NCBI GenBank assembly: GCA_963843145.1
Contig: CAWJJC010000028.1
Span: 96,001-160,000 of the forward strand
Source of the DNA: an uncultured delta proteobacterium
GTDB lineage: Bacteria; Desulfobacterota; RBG-13-43-22
DNA length: 64,000 bases
Direction: 5' to 3'
The first letter of the stretch is position 1. Each line of letters opens with the position of its first letter. Under the pieces are notes generated by a model. That model ran no database searches, had not been told where the DNA came from, and saw only the letters and a program-made list of their open reading frames with translations. The position numbers and the translations under genes are program-made. Shown here one piece after another: positions 1 through 9,855 of this stretch.

Positions 1-818
1 ATGCGCCATGAACCTCATGCTCCATGGGATTGGAGGGCAGGAAGATCTACCGATCATCCCGGGAGATTCTTTGGCCTCGGACCCGGGGGATCGATTTGAA
101 CTGGTTATGACCAATCCTCCTTTTGGGAAAAAGAGCAGCACCGCGATTGTGGCCGATGACGGAAAGGTGGTTAAAGAAAAAGAGATCATCGAGCGGGATG
201 ATTTCTGGGCCACAACCACAAACAAGCAATTGAATTTCCTCCAGCACGTTAAAACGCTGCTTAAACCCAACGGCCGGGCGTCCATTGTCCTTCCCGACAA
301 TGTCTTATTTGAAGGCGGGGCAGGGGAGACGGTTCGCCGAAAGCTGATGCATGAGTGTGACGTCCACACCCTTCTTCGCCTTCCGACCGGATTATTCTAT
401 GCCCAGGGGGTCAAGGCCAATGTACTTTTTTTTGACCGCAAACCGGCTTCCGAAAATCCCTGGACCAAAAAGGTTTGGATTTACGATTTGAGGACCAATA
501 AACACTTTACTTTAAAAACCAATCCCCTGAACCGGGAAGATCTGGACGAATTCGTCGGGTGCTATAACCCCTCCAACCGTCACAACCGCCAACCTACCTG
601 GTCTGAAAAAAACCCTGATGGCCGTTGGCGGGCCTTTGACTATGAAGAGTTGATCAACCGGGATAAGACCAGCCTGGACATTTCGGCTGCGGGACGACAG
701 CCTGGAAGATTCGGACAATCTTCCGGACCCGAATATTCTTGCGCTGGAGATTGTGGAGGATTTAGAGGCAGCTTTGGCACAATTTAAAGAGATAACCGAT
801 GATTTGGGGGCCGCTTAA
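1..818 (+). CDS. hsdM: Type I restriction-modification methyltransferase subunit (N-6 DNA methylase), 5'-truncated by window edge, apparent frameshift near 682
   Basis: NPPF catalytic motif, LPDNVLFEGGAG and LRLPTGLFYAQGVKANV. The typical tail LRDDSLEDSDNLPDPNILALEIVEDLEAALAQF continues in another frame to TAA at 816-818. Confidence 0.9.
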
Positions 819-945
819 TCTGTTGATGTTGGCTCCGGAGAAAACTACGTACGTTACGTAGCTTTAGTAAAGAACCATCTGTTTCTGTACTTGATATGAA
901 TCGCGAAATTGCCAAATTGGGTTCGATTATACAGGGCTCACCGTC

Positions 946-1731
946 TCATTCTTGACCCCGCCAAATCCCTCCTTTCATGAGGGGAACCCTTCCAGAAAAA
1001 TATTCGAGCCTTCTCCTGATAAAATAGGTATGAACGACGGCAAAGACTACCAGCGGGGGATACAAGGCGATGATAATTCGAAAGACATGGATAAGGGCGC
1101 CTTCTCCGGGATAATGGGCGTAGAGGCTGAATATCCCATAAAGCCCGAAAACAGTCGGCATCAAAGTCCCGATATACTTCCCGATCATCTTAAGCTCTTG
1201 ATCCCTCCGGTTATGGTACCGAACCCCGAGATCGTCAAAAGTCCAGAGGGTTGATAACAGGAGGGAGATTACTATGGTGATACCTGCCGCGACCAGGAGT
1301 CTACTCGTCTGAAAATGACCGGGGGTAAAGGGAACAGAAGAGTTTGGAGAAGGGCCGGAGATTATTTGGATGACGGCCAACAGCTTGGTAGCAAAAATAA
1401 AGGCTATCCCGATTCCTTGAAACGGTCGGAAGAGCCAATGCTTAAGGCGGCTGATAGTTAATCTCCCGGCGGGCTCGATTTGGACAAAAACCAGACTCCC
1501 CTTCTTCAGGACAGAGTTATAGATCGGTTTTACCAGGTAGAGGGGCAGGCAGAGAAAAACGGCATAGCGGAAGAATCGAAGCAATACCCGGTAGACCACC
1601 CTCCAGCCGTCCATGGAAGGTTGGTTCCCCCAAAAAAGTTGAAAAACAAGGGAAAAAGACAAGACGAGGATAACGGGGACCAGGTCTTTGAACCATTGCC
1701 GGGCGGTTTCCCCTATCCCTGCTTTAGCCAT
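946..1731 (-). CDS. Hypothetical multi-pass membrane protein
   Basis: 261-aa ORF with about 6 hydrophobic segments; lies directly downstream of the MBL hydrolase. Confidence 0.75.
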   Translation of the reverse strand: MAKAGIGETARQWFKDLVPVILVLSFSLVFQLFWGNQPSMDGWRVVYRVLLRFFRYAVFLCLPLYLVKPIYNSVLKKGSLVFVQIEPAGRLTISRLKHWLFRPFQGIGIAFIFATKLLAVIQIISGPSPNSSVPFTPGHFQTSRLLVAAGITIVISLLLSTLWTFDDLGVRYHNRRDQELKMIGKYIGTLMPTVFGLYGIFSLYAHYPGEGALIHVFRIIIALYPPLVVFAVVHTYFIRRRLEYFSGRVPLMKGGIWRGQE

Positions 1732-1745
1732 TACCTACCTCAAAA

Positions 1746-2642
1746 CTAAGACTGGTCCTGTAGATAACCCGCAAAACCGGCCAGGCTGTTTTGCATGAAG
1801 GTGCGCTCCCGCTGTTGAGCCTTTTCATCCATCAATCGGAAATTTTTCAGACAGGGGTCCTGATTCAACAGTGCTGTGGCGGCCGCTTCCAGCGGATCGT
1901 CGGGGTGGGATTCCAGGGCCTGCCGGGTAGCATTCAGCCAGCGGTAGAGCTGTTGCCGGTATTCCCTCAGGATTTCCCGGCTATGGGGAAATGCGCCCAA
2001 ATGAGCAAAAAAGATGGGCCGGTCCGCTAAAGCCAGCATTTGGTCGACACTGGCCACAGCCTGATCAAAAAAGAACCGGGGTGGGGTGGGGGGCCGGAGA
2101 TAAGGCCCGTCCCGGAAAGGGAGATAGATCCCGGCTCCTTCACCGGCGAAGAGCTTTCCCTGATAATCGAAGCTCAAATGATGGGGGGCATGTCCCGGCG
2201 TTTCCAGGATGGTCAAACCCGGAAGGAAAAAATCCGGATGACCGATTAAGCGCTCTTCCGGGACCGGCTCTATGGACCCATAGGCCAAGGCCATCTCTTT
2301 CAGGGTTTTTACACTTCCTTCCCACAATTTACCGGGGTCCAGCAAATGTTTCCGGCCCTGGGCATGGCAGACGGCCTTGGCCAGGGGAAATTCAGCTAAG
2401 AAAGGCCCCAGGCCGCCGGCATGATCGATGTGAATGTGGGAGAGCAACACATAATCGATCCGTTCCAGCCCTCGGGCTTTCAGATCCTGAATGAGCCCCT
2501 GGATCGAGGATCTGGGGCCTACGTCCACCACGATAGTTGGTGGACCGGGTATAACCCAGGCCCCGATAAACTGTTCCAGCCCGGGAACGGTTGGGGGAGA
2601 TCGATTAGAAAAGGGGCGCCGTCGCTTATGGGTTGTATTCAT
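1746..2642 (-). CDS. MBL-fold metallo-hydrolase
   Basis: HIHIDHAGG metal motif, TPGHAPHH and a C-terminal His. Confidence 0.9.
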   Translation of the reverse strand: MNTTHKRRRPFSNRSPPTVPGLEQFIGAWVIPGPPTIVVDVGPRSSIQGLIQDLKARGLERIDYVLLSHIHIDHAGGLGPFLAEFPLAKAVCHAQGRKHLLDPGKLWEGSVKTLKEMALAYGSIEPVPEERLIGHPDFFLPGLTILETPGHAPHHLSFDYQGKLFAGEGAGIYLPFRDGPYLRPPTPPRFFFDQAVASVDQMLALADRPIFFAHLGAFPHSREILREYRQQLYRWLNATRQALESHPDDPLEAAATALLNQDPCLKNFRLMDEKAQQRERTFMQNSLAGFAGYLQDQS

Positions 2643-2670
2643 TCGCTTAATGCCTTCCAGGGAGTTTTAA

Positions 2671-2851
2671 AAGATGAACATCGAACATCGAACGTCCAAC
2701 ATCGAATGAAGAATTAAAATCCCATCAAAGTATTGATGGTCTTGCAAAAAGTCGAAAGAACCGTCATCGCAATGACTGCCCTGGTGACTTTTTGCGAGGT
2801 CATCAAGATTCGATGTTGGATGTTGGACGTTCGATGTTCGACGTTCATCTT
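2671..2851. repeat. Heptamer-built palindromic element (ACATCGA/ACGTCCA units) with a nested TIR element at ~2733-2805
   Basis: Arms AAGATGAACATCGAACATCGAACGTCCAACATCGAA and TTCGATGTTGG...TTCGACGTTCATCTT. Inner ends TTGATGGTCTTGCAAAAAGTC and GACTTTTTGCGAGGTCATCAA. Second copy at 58323-58456. Confidence 0.85.
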
Positions 2852-2861
2852 TTTCAGTGCT

Positions 2862-3509
2862 CTATGCTCCGCCTTCCCCGGCCTTCAGAATGCTTCGGGT
2901 GGTGACGTTGACCAAGGCCCAGATTACGTCTAACGGCAAATGGCGATCGATCGTCCGGTCAAAGGTAATGATCAGTTGGGCCGGGAATTCGTCGTCTTCC
3001 GCATAAAGAATATACTCCAAAGAAATTCGGGGGAGGGCGCGCAGTTCAAAGGCCCCATCCCCTTGATGAGTGGCTATTCCCCCCAGGGTAAGTCCGGCCT
3101 GCAGAAATCCCTGCGGATCCCGGGCAAATTTCTTTTCCAAGGGTTCTTTGGACAGGGCATGGGGCCCACGGAAAAAAAGAGCCCCGCCATTCAGCTCTTT
3201 CTCGTTCACCTTGATCCCCGAAAGCGGGATTTCCCGGGTCCGGAGCAGGTAGATCAGCGAAACCAGCGCTTCCTGAAAACTCGGACTTTTATGGGGAACC
3301 CTCTCCCACTGCAGTTGACGGGTATCCGGCCGGCAAAGCAGCCGATCGTTCAAAAAGGGGAGGGCATACCCGGTAGCGGGGTCATGGGTTACCAGGGACC
3401 GCCGGCAGACTTCTCCGGGGGATTGGTGGTTCAAATCCTCCCAGTATTCCGGGGGGATTTTGTCGAATTCCCGGTAGAGGGAAATGTCATTCGGGTCCAG
3501 CGGGGGCAT
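2862..3509 (-). CDS. DUF3786-like protein
   Basis: GGALFFRGPH, LPRISLEYIL..DDEFPA...FD..I..HLPLDVIW pattern. ORF-track extension to 3557 is repeat-derived. Confidence 0.75.
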   Translation of the reverse strand: MPPLDPNDISLYREFDKIPPEYWEDLNHQSPGEVCRRSLVTHDPATGYALPFLNDRLLCRPDTRQLQWERVPHKSPSFQEALVSLIYLLRTREIPLSGIKVNEKELNGGALFFRGPHALSKEPLEKKFARDPQGFLQAGLTLGGIATHQGDGAFELRALPRISLEYILYAEDDEFPAQLIITFDRTIDRHLPLDVIWALVNVTTRSILKAGEGGA

Positions 3510-3517
3510 CAGGATCC

Positions 3518-3664
3518 ATAAACCCGAAATTCGAAGCACGAAATCCGAAACAAGCACGAAAGTCCAAAATCCAAATGATCAAAACAAAAACATTTCGAAT
3601 TTTGAAATTTGGTCATTTGAATTTGTTTCGAATTTCGATATTCGAATTTTGAATTTTAACCAAT
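3518..3664. repeat. Heptamer-built palindromic element (AAATCCG/AAATTCG units)
   Basis: CGAAGCACGAAATCCGAAACAAGCACGAA...TTTGTTTCGAATTTCGATATTCGAATTT; near-identical copy at 33746-33892. Confidence 0.85.
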
Positions 3665-3695
3665 AACTAAGATATTATGGGTTAGGTTTTTCTGC

Positions 3696-5516
3696 TCAGG
3701 GAACAGCGGGCCGGTTCCGGTAATAAAATTCGATATATTTAACCAATTCCCGCTTCAGGTCTTTTCTTTCCGTCACGGTGTGGATCCCGCGAATGCCGTA
3801 GAAATAGTTCGGGTATTGAAATATGAGACCGGAAAGGGCGCACAGGGAATCGGAGCGGATTAATTTTTCATCCACTTCGAAGCCTCTGGATTTCATAACC
3901 CGGGGACCGGTGAAAATAACCAGGGCATTGGGCTCGGCAATGATCACGTCTCCCAGGGAGGCAAAACTGGCAATGGCGCCCCCGGTGGAGGGATCGCCCA
4001 GGATGGAAATAAAGGGCAGGCCCTCCCGTTTCAGCCGTTGAAGGGAGGCGATGGTCTTGACCATCTGCATCAAAGCCAGGATTCCTTCATAGAGTCGGGC
4101 GCCTCCGGAGCAGCACAGCGTGATGAAGGGATATTTTTTTTCGATGGCTCGATCCACCGCCTGCCGGAATTTTTCCCCGAAGGCTACGCCCATCGAGCCG
4201 CCACTGAAATAAAAATCCGAAATGGCCAGGATCACCGAATGGCCGTAAAGAGTGGCCTCTCCCGTCACCAGGGATTCCCGAAAATGGGACCGTTTTTTCT
4301 GTTTATTCAAAAAATCCTGGTAATAAGGGGTCATGTCCTCCGGTTCCAGTAATTGGCTGACGTCCAGGTCCCGGTTAAGCTCAAAGAAACTTTCCTTATC
4401 CGTCAGGCACTGGATCCAGCCGCCGGCATCCAGGACGGTCCGCCGGCCGCAGTGCGGGCAGACCTGATGGTTCTCCAGGTATTCCTCCAGTTTGATCAAT
4501 TGCCCGCAGCCGCTGGGCGGATTTTGCCCTCTTTCCCGGCCGCATTGAATATAGTCCTGTTGGGGTTCCAGGGCCTGTAAGTCGGCATACTGTTCGTTCA
4601 CCTGAGTTAAGCCGTCAAAATTGACCACCTGGATATCCGGGGGGAGTTTATAGAAAAACTTTTTAAAGGGTCGTTCCAGCAATTTCTTCAGTTCATGGAC
4701 CTTGCCCTGATGCTTGGGAAGGCCGAAAGATAAGGCCCTTCTTTCCCGCTGCTCCAGCAGTTTATTGATTTTTATCCGGGAGAGCTCCTGAGTCGATTTC
4801 TGAAGGTAGCGGCCGATGGAGGCGGCAAAACCCTCCAGGTCGGTAATCTCCTCGGGCACCGGAAGGATCTGGTCGATGACCCCTAGCCGTTTTAGATCCT
4901 TGGCCGTCGGTTTGGATATTTCCAGGGCTTCCTGGATACGGCCGGCGTCCCGAAAGATTATGGAAGCCATGGATTCGGGCGGGGCGGTAGCGTACAGGGC
5001 GTCCTCCATTTGAGCCCGGCGGTCCGTCATCTGCAGGGCCAGCGCGCCGCCGCTCCCGCCTTCTCCCAGGACTACCGAAATGGTGCGGATAGGTATGGTC
5101 AGGAATTCCCGGATCAGGTGACTGATGAAGTAGGCTTGAAAACGACGGGCCGAAGCCATGGAGATATCGGCGCCGTAGGTGTCGATCAAACAAAGAACGA
5201 AAAGATCGTTGGCATCCATGTACCGGGCCTGGTTCAACATGCCTAAAATTTGGGAATGTTCATCCGCCGAGAGCATTCCCAAATTCAATTTCCCGATGTT
5301 TTCCGATTTCCGCAGTTTTTCGAAGTTGGGCTTTTCCTGCCCGATGACCAGGATCCGTTTTCCATTGAAACGACCTTCCCCGCAAACCAGCGATTCCCCC
5401 GCGGGAGTAAAGTATTTAAAGTGATTAAACAGGACGCGGATAATATCCGCTGAACGGGGACGTCGGGGGTGTCGGGTGCGGCGCTTGAAAAGCTCGACCA
5501 AGTCTGAGGGTTTCAT
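3696..5516 (-). CDS. Acyl-CoA carboxylase carboxyltransferase, fused alpha (N-terminal) and beta (C-terminal) domains
   Basis: Alpha motifs IDTYGA and GEGGSGGALA; beta motifs C..C..CPHC zinc finger, GGSMG, SGGARLYEG and STGGAIASFA. Confidence 0.85.
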   Translation of the reverse strand: MKPSDLVELFKRRTRHPRRPRSADIIRVLFNHFKYFTPAGESLVCGEGRFNGKRILVIGQEKPNFEKLRKSENIGKLNLGMLSADEHSQILGMLNQARYMDANDLFVLCLIDTYGADISMASARRFQAYFISHLIREFLTIPIRTISVVLGEGGSGGALALQMTDRRAQMEDALYATAPPESMASIIFRDAGRIQEALEISKPTAKDLKRLGVIDQILPVPEEITDLEGFAASIGRYLQKSTQELSRIKINKLLEQRERRALSFGLPKHQGKVHELKKLLERPFKKFFYKLPPDIQVVNFDGLTQVNEQYADLQALEPQQDYIQCGRERGQNPPSGCGQLIKLEEYLENHQVCPHCGRRTVLDAGGWIQCLTDKESFFELNRDLDVSQLLEPEDMTPYYQDFLNKQKKRSHFRESLVTGEATLYGHSVILAISDFYFSGGSMGVAFGEKFRQAVDRAIEKKYPFITLCCSGGARLYEGILALMQMVKTIASLQRLKREGLPFISILGDPSTGGAIASFASLGDVIIAEPNALVIFTGPRVMKSRGFEVDEKLIRSDSLCALSGLIFQYPNYFYGIRGIHTVTERKDLKRELVKYIEFYYRNRPAVP

Positions 5517-5565
5517 TTGGATTTTGGACCTTTGTGCCTGTTGGGGTTTAGGGATCGATAATATC

Positions 5566-5775
5566 TAGTATGTAAATAGCTTTCCGGGGCAAGGGGGTTT
5601 AGTACGAAAATAGCCTCCTAAAACGACACCAGGGCCAATAATCAATAATCAATTATCGATTATCAATTGATTATTAAGTTTTTCGTAGGGGCGGCGACCC
5701 CGTCACGCCCTAGGCGTGACCGGATTTGACCACCGTCGCCTTAGCTTGACCTTGGATAGGGAGTGAACCCTGACG
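5566..5775 (+). repeat. Degenerate cassette-site pair, AT-rich heptamer palindrome and truncated GTAG REP
   Basis: TAGTATGTAAATA...GGGGGTTTAGTACGAAAATA (5566-5612); AATAATCAATAATCAATT (~5637-5676); GTAGGGGCGGCGACCCCG (~5684). Confidence 0.7.
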
Positions 5776-5911
5776 CTTGCCCATTCGGCAGGCTATGATT
5801 ATATTGTTTCAGAACAAATATAAAATAAGTATAAGAAAGAAAGTTGAAGCAAGTCAAGCAGAAAGGGTCTGGAGGTTTATACCGCTTGTTGGGAAAAAGA
5901 GAAAAAACTCC

Positions 5912-5939
5912 TTGCCAAATCTATTGATTTTGGTAAAAT
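5912..5939 (+). promoter_or_regulatory. Sigma-70 promoter for tRNA-His
   Basis: TTGCCA-16 nt-TAAAAT with extended -10 TG, about 18 nt upstream of the tRNA. Confidence 0.6.
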
Positions 5940-5957
5940 ATTCTATTTTTGACTTAT

Positions 5958-6035
5958 GGTGAGTGTAGCTCAGTTGGTTAGAGCACTGGGTTGTGGCCCC
6001 AGAGGTCGAGGGTTCGAGCCCCTTCACTCACCCCA
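5958..6035 (+). tRNA. tRNA-His (GTG)
   Basis: Encoded G-1; acceptor stem GTGAGTG/CACTCAC; anticodon arm CTGGG-TTGTGGC-CCCAG; T-arm GGTTCGAGCC; C discriminator and CCA. Confidence 0.97.
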
Positions 6036-6065
6036 ATTTTCTAATATCGGGATGGGAACCTCACG

Positions 6066-6725
6066 ATGAGACCATTCAAAGTCATCCAGTTGATCCTTTT
6101 GGGCCTGCTGTCGGTTTCCCTGTGGTCCTGTTCGGGAAGCAGCTCCGACTCCGGGGGTGGAGGATCGAACTCGGATTACCAATTTCTTTTCGACCACAAT
6201 GCCCAGCAATTGGACGGCCACACGATTCGCTGGCAATCCAATACGATAAAAGTATATACCGCGGGGATTCCCGGTGCCGAAACGGCCGTAAACCGCTGGG
6301 CCGGGCCGGTTAATTTCGTTTTTGTCGGTTCCCCCCCGTCCGACGGCATCTCCTTTTCTTTGGCCGGTTCCACCAGTTTTTGTGGTGTAACCAATACCTT
6401 CTATCTTAACTCCGGGAGGATTTCCAGGGCGGAAGTCTCCATCAATGCCAACCAGCAGTTTTGCCGGGGAGGATTGGATAATACCCTGACCCATGAAACG
6501 GCCCATGCCTTGGGCTTTTTCGGACACACCGCGGACGGGACCCTGATGGACCCCGATGGAGGGAACGGGAGCATTACCGGTACGCTTAGAAATTTCATGG
6601 GGCTCCTTTATTCCCATGAACCCGGCTGGGATATCAATTCTTTCCTGTCGTTGCAGCGAAAGATGCCCGACCGTGGTCGTTATCAGGCGAACGGCACTCA
6701 AATGAACGTCCGGGTGGATTACTGA
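6066..6725 (+). CDS. Matrixin/metzincin-family zinc metallopeptidase lipoprotein
   Basis: Lipobox LWSC, HETAHALGFFGH zinc motif, Met-turn TLMDP. Confidence 0.85.
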   Translation: MRPFKVIQLILLGLLSVSLWSCSGSSSDSGGGGSNSDYQFLFDHNAQQLDGHTIRWQSNTIKVYTAGIPGAETAVNRWAGPVNFVFVGSPPSDGISFSLAGSTSFCGVTNTFYLNSGRISRAEVSINANQQFCRGGLDNTLTHETAHALGFFGHTADGTLMDPDGGNGSITGTLRNFMGLLYSHEPGWDINSFLSLQRKMPDRGRYQANGTQMNVRVDY

Positions 6726-6753
6726 TGACGGATAGGCGGCGAGGGGTTTAACC

Positions 6754-7167
6754 ATGCGACTGATCCTGCTTCTGGTCGTTTTGGCTTCCTTCGTCTCCGT
6801 GGCAGCGACCTGCCAGGAGGTCCGGCAGGAGTCGGGTCTTAACCTGATCGTCAGCGATATTCCTTGCGACAGCGTGGGGGATAAGCTCCAACAGGAGCTA
6901 AAACGGTTGCGAATTCCCGTCCTGAAAGTAGATCCGGCGCAGGGTCTTATTGAAACCGGGCCGGTACAAAATGATCCCCTGCCGGGTGATGGCTATAAAA
7001 GGGTTGAGGAACGGTACCGGTTGGAAATGAAATGCCGAGAGGCGTTGACGACTAAGATCACTTGCCAGGCTGTGGTCAAAGGCTTGAATCCGGATAACTC
7101 CTGGATCCAATTGTCGGAAACCGGACCTTACGAAAAGCGTTTTCTGGATCAACTAAAGATCCGATAA
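6754..7167 (+). CDS. Hypothetical exported protein
   Basis: N-terminal hydrophobic signal; SD GAGGGG; follows the peptidase gene. Confidence 0.65.
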   Translation: MRLILLLVVLASFVSVAATCQEVRQESGLNLIVSDIPCDSVGDKLQQELKRLRIPVLKVDPAQGLIETGPVQNDPLPGDGYKRVEERYRLEMKCREALTTKITCQAVVKGLNPDNSWIQLSETGPYEKRFLDQLKIR

Positions 7168-7219
7168 ATCTCCTGGGCTTCCGCCCTTTCCGCCGGTCAA
7201 TCCCCCTCTTTATTGAACC

Positions 7220-7316
7220 TTTTTTGCCGCAGACGCACGCGGACAAAGGCGGACTATTCTTTTTAGCCGGGCAAGTCGCCGCGACCCTGGCTCCGCCTTT
7301 GTCTGCGGCAAAAAAA
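7220..7316. repeat. Palindromic REP-like element
   Basis: Outer arms TTTTTGCCGCAGAC/GTCTGCGGCAAAAA and inner arms GACAAAGGCGGA/TCCGCCTTTGTC. Confidence 0.7.
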
Positions 7317-7366
7317 TTCCAAAATTTCGGCTGGGGTAATTCATTTTCTTAAGCGACTGAGCGACT

Positions 7367-8035
7367 ATGCACCATTTGACCAAGGCCCGGCTCGCAGAGG
7401 CGGACTGGAACATCATAAAGGAAATTGCCCGGAAGGCCGTTGGACCAGGTCCGGGCAGCCACGGTTGGGACCATGTGCGGCGGGTTTATGAATTGTGCCT
7501 GAAGATCGGCCGGAAAGAAAAGGCCGATTTGACCATACTGGGATTGGCCGCCTTGCTGCACGATATCGGGCGGCAGGAGGAGAAGGCCTCTAAGGGGAAG
7601 ATCTGTCATGCCCGGGTCGGCGCCCGCAAAGCCGCCGAAATCCTGGCGCCCCTTAACCTTGCCCCCGGTACCCGGCGGGCGGTGATTCACTGTATTCGCA
7701 GTCACCGCTTCAGAGGGAATCATCCCCCGGACAGTCTGGAAGCCCGGATCCTCTTTGATGCGGATAAGCTGGACTCCCTCGGGGCCGTGGGCGTGGGACG
7801 GGCCTTTTTGTTTGCCGGGGAAGTAGGGGCCAGGCTGCACAATGCCCATAAAGACCTTTCCCGGACCGTTTCATACAGTTGGGAGGATACCGCCTTCAGA
7901 GAATTTCAGGTAAAACTGAGGAAGGTCAAGGATCGCATGCAAACCCGGACCGGGAAGGCCCTGGCTGAAAGCCGGCACCTTTTTATGGTCCGATTTTTTG
8001 CCCGGCTGGATCAGGAGGTCAAGGCGTTGAAGTGA
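7367..8035 (+). CDS. HD-domain phosphohydrolase
   Basis: SHGWDHVRRV, ALLHDIGR, DADKLDSLGA. Confidence 0.9.
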   Translation: MHHLTKARLAEADWNIIKEIARKAVGPGPGSHGWDHVRRVYELCLKIGRKEKADLTILGLAALLHDIGRQEEKASKGKICHARVGARKAAEILAPLNLAPGTRRAVIHCIRSHRFRGNHPPDSLEARILFDADKLDSLGAVGVGRAFLFAGEVGARLHNAHKDLSRTVSYSWEDTAFREFQVKLRKVKDRMQTRTGKALAESRHLFMVRFFARLDQEVKALK

Positions 8036-8070
8036 CGGAGCCACGAGAGGATTCATTTATTCGCTTTTTC

Positions 8071-8244
8071 GTAGGGGAGGGGACTTCGGCGAGCCCTTCG
8101 ATTGACTCAGGGCCTTGAGCTTGCCGAAAGGCTCAGTCGAGTTGTTAACCCCCTCCCGAGCTTGGGAATCGGGGATTCACATCTTTTTACAACAACGTGA
8201 TTTATGCCGGGTTGGGTGCGGGAGGGGATGAACCCCTCCCCTAC
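8071..8244. repeat. GTAG REP doublet with nested palindromic insert
   Basis: GTAGGGGAGGGG[ACTTCGGCGAG...GCTCAGTCGAG]..TTAACCCCCTCCCG and CGGGAGGGGATGAACCCCTCCCCTAC; near-identical copy at 29318-29491. Confidence 0.85.
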
Positions 8245-8264
8245 ACTTTAGTAGCGATGAACCC

Positions 8265-8547
8265 AATTATTAATAATCAATTGTCAATTAATAATTAAGA
8301 ATTGATTATTGATTATTGGCCAAGGTGCAGGTTAAGGAGGTTATTTTCGTAATAAACCCCCATGCCCGGGGGCGGGCACCCCGAAGCATGAAAATATGAA
8401 CCGGCCAAGGTTCGTCATTCCGGACAAGCGAAGCGCGATCCGGAATCCAGCCTCGGATAAGCACTGGAGGTCCTGGATCCCGGATCGAGTCCGGGATGAC
8501 GGCAAAAAAATACCTCAAAGCGGAGTTCGACTTTATTTACATATTAA
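8265..8547 (-). mobile_element. Non-coding cassette array: half-site, CGTC REP doublet, full site, AT-rich heptamer cargo
   Basis: Half-site TTAATATGTAAATA (8547-8534) overlaps the nitroreductase stop codon; full site at 8342-8396. Confidence 0.65.
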
Positions 8548-9194
8548 ATCCAGCGGATCATTTGATCCACGTCGTCCCGATCGGATTTAAATTGGTTCAG
8601 GGGGGACTGGGGATCCCGGTAGCCTAAAGCAATCCCCAGGAGCATTTGTTTCTCCTCCGGGACGTTGAGCTGTTCTTTGATTTCTTCTTCATAGGCGTTG
8701 ATTAACCCTATCGGGCAGGTACCCAGGCCTTTGGCCTGAGCGGCCAGCAGGAAATAGCCCAGGGCCATCCCCACGCAGACCATCCGGGAAGCGGGGAAGA
8801 GACGGTCTAGAAAAACCAGCAGCACCGCCGGCGCTTCGTAAAAGCGGCAGCTCCCCTCGCCGATGAAGTGATTCAAATCCAGGGAAAGCTGTTCGGCGAC
8901 AGGTTTCATCCCGGCAAAAAGCCGGCGCTGGCGACCGATCCAGGGCTCCGGAAGAGGGCGAGACGTCCCGGCCCCGCAGGAAACTTGCTTTTCCCGGTGG
9001 GTCTGGAGAAGACGCTGGACCAGACGATCTCTTTCCCGGTCGGTGACCACTACGAATTCCCAGGGCTGGACATTGATGGCTGAGGGGGCTTTCCCGGCCC
9101 AGGAAAGCAGCTCCCGGATTAACTCCCTGGGAACGGGCTCGGGCAAAAAGACCCGGCAACTGGTGCGGTTTTCGATGGCTTGAAATAAGTCCAT
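8544..9194 (-). CDS. Nitroreductase family protein
   Basis: IENRTSCRVF, KAPSAINVQPWEF, GLGTCPIG. Confidence 0.92.
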   Translation of the reverse strand: MDLFQAIENRTSCRVFLPEPVPRELIRELLSWAGKAPSAINVQPWEFVVVTDRERDRLVQRLLQTHREKQVSCGAGTSRPLPEPWIGRQRRLFAGMKPVAEQLSLDLNHFIGEGSCRFYEAPAVLLVFLDRLFPASRMVCVGMALGYFLLAAQAKGLGTCPIGLINAYEEEIKEQLNVPEEKQMLLGIALGYRDPQSPLNQFKSDRDDVDQMIRWI

Positions 9195-9270
9195 AAGGCC
9201 AAGTTCCTTTCGAAAACTAATTTAAAAAATACTAACTGAACGCTCGGCGATGTCAAGAGAATAGACCTGT

Positions 9271-9845
9271 TTAATACGAAAATAGAACTCGGCACCACTC
9301 GGGCATTCATCAATAATTAATAATGAACAATTGATTATTAATTATTAATGTCAAAAACTTAGGCTTATGTCTGCCCCTTATTTTCATGCTTCGGGGTGCC
9401 CGCCCCGGGCATGGGGGTTAGTATGAAAATAGAATTGATCACCGCTTTTTAGGCGTTTTGTTTTTGCCGTCATCCCGGACTCGATCCGGGATCCAGGTGA
9501 CCCAGGACCTTCACTGCCCTGGATTCCGGCTTTCGCCGGAATGACGGTTATAGGGCACATACCAAAGGTCGTCACCCCGGCGAAAGCCGGGGTCCGGACA
9601 TCAAGCATGGATGAAGCAGAAGGTTGTTCCAATAATGAGTTATTCGTGGGGGCGGCGACCCCGTCACGCCTAAGGCGTGACCGGATTTGGCCACCGTCGC
9701 CGTCGCCTTACCTTGGATGTGCAGGAAACCTTATCCTTCACCCAGCCGGCCGGCGGGGTCGCCGGCCCTACGAAAAACGAAAACTTGGGACATTTTCATG
9801 CTTCGGGGTATCCGTCCAGGGCATGGGGGAGGTATTAAGCAAAAT
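9271..9845 (+). mobile_element. Non-coding cassette array: half-site, AT heptamer cargo, full site, CGTC plus GTAG REP cargo, degenerate full site
   Basis: Half-site 9271-9284; full sites 9379-9431 and 9792-9845; 9418-9548 nearly identical to 33141-33270. Confidence 0.7.
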
Positions 9846-9855
9846 GAGAGACCAA

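Noticed and set aside
5958-8035. tRNA-His-anchored genomic island
   Set aside because: No integrase and no duplicated tRNA 3' end seen in the window
8306-9700. Short ORFs with VIPAKAGIQ/WIPDRVRDD-type peptides (also 14627, 41646, 43679, 44671, 58225)
   Set aside because: They are translations of palindromic repeats, with no RBS or domain signal
8265-9845. CRISPR array reading of the recurring 54-bp site
   Set aside because: Units are long and degenerate, intervening pieces are 150-400 bp and themselves repeated, and no cas genes are present
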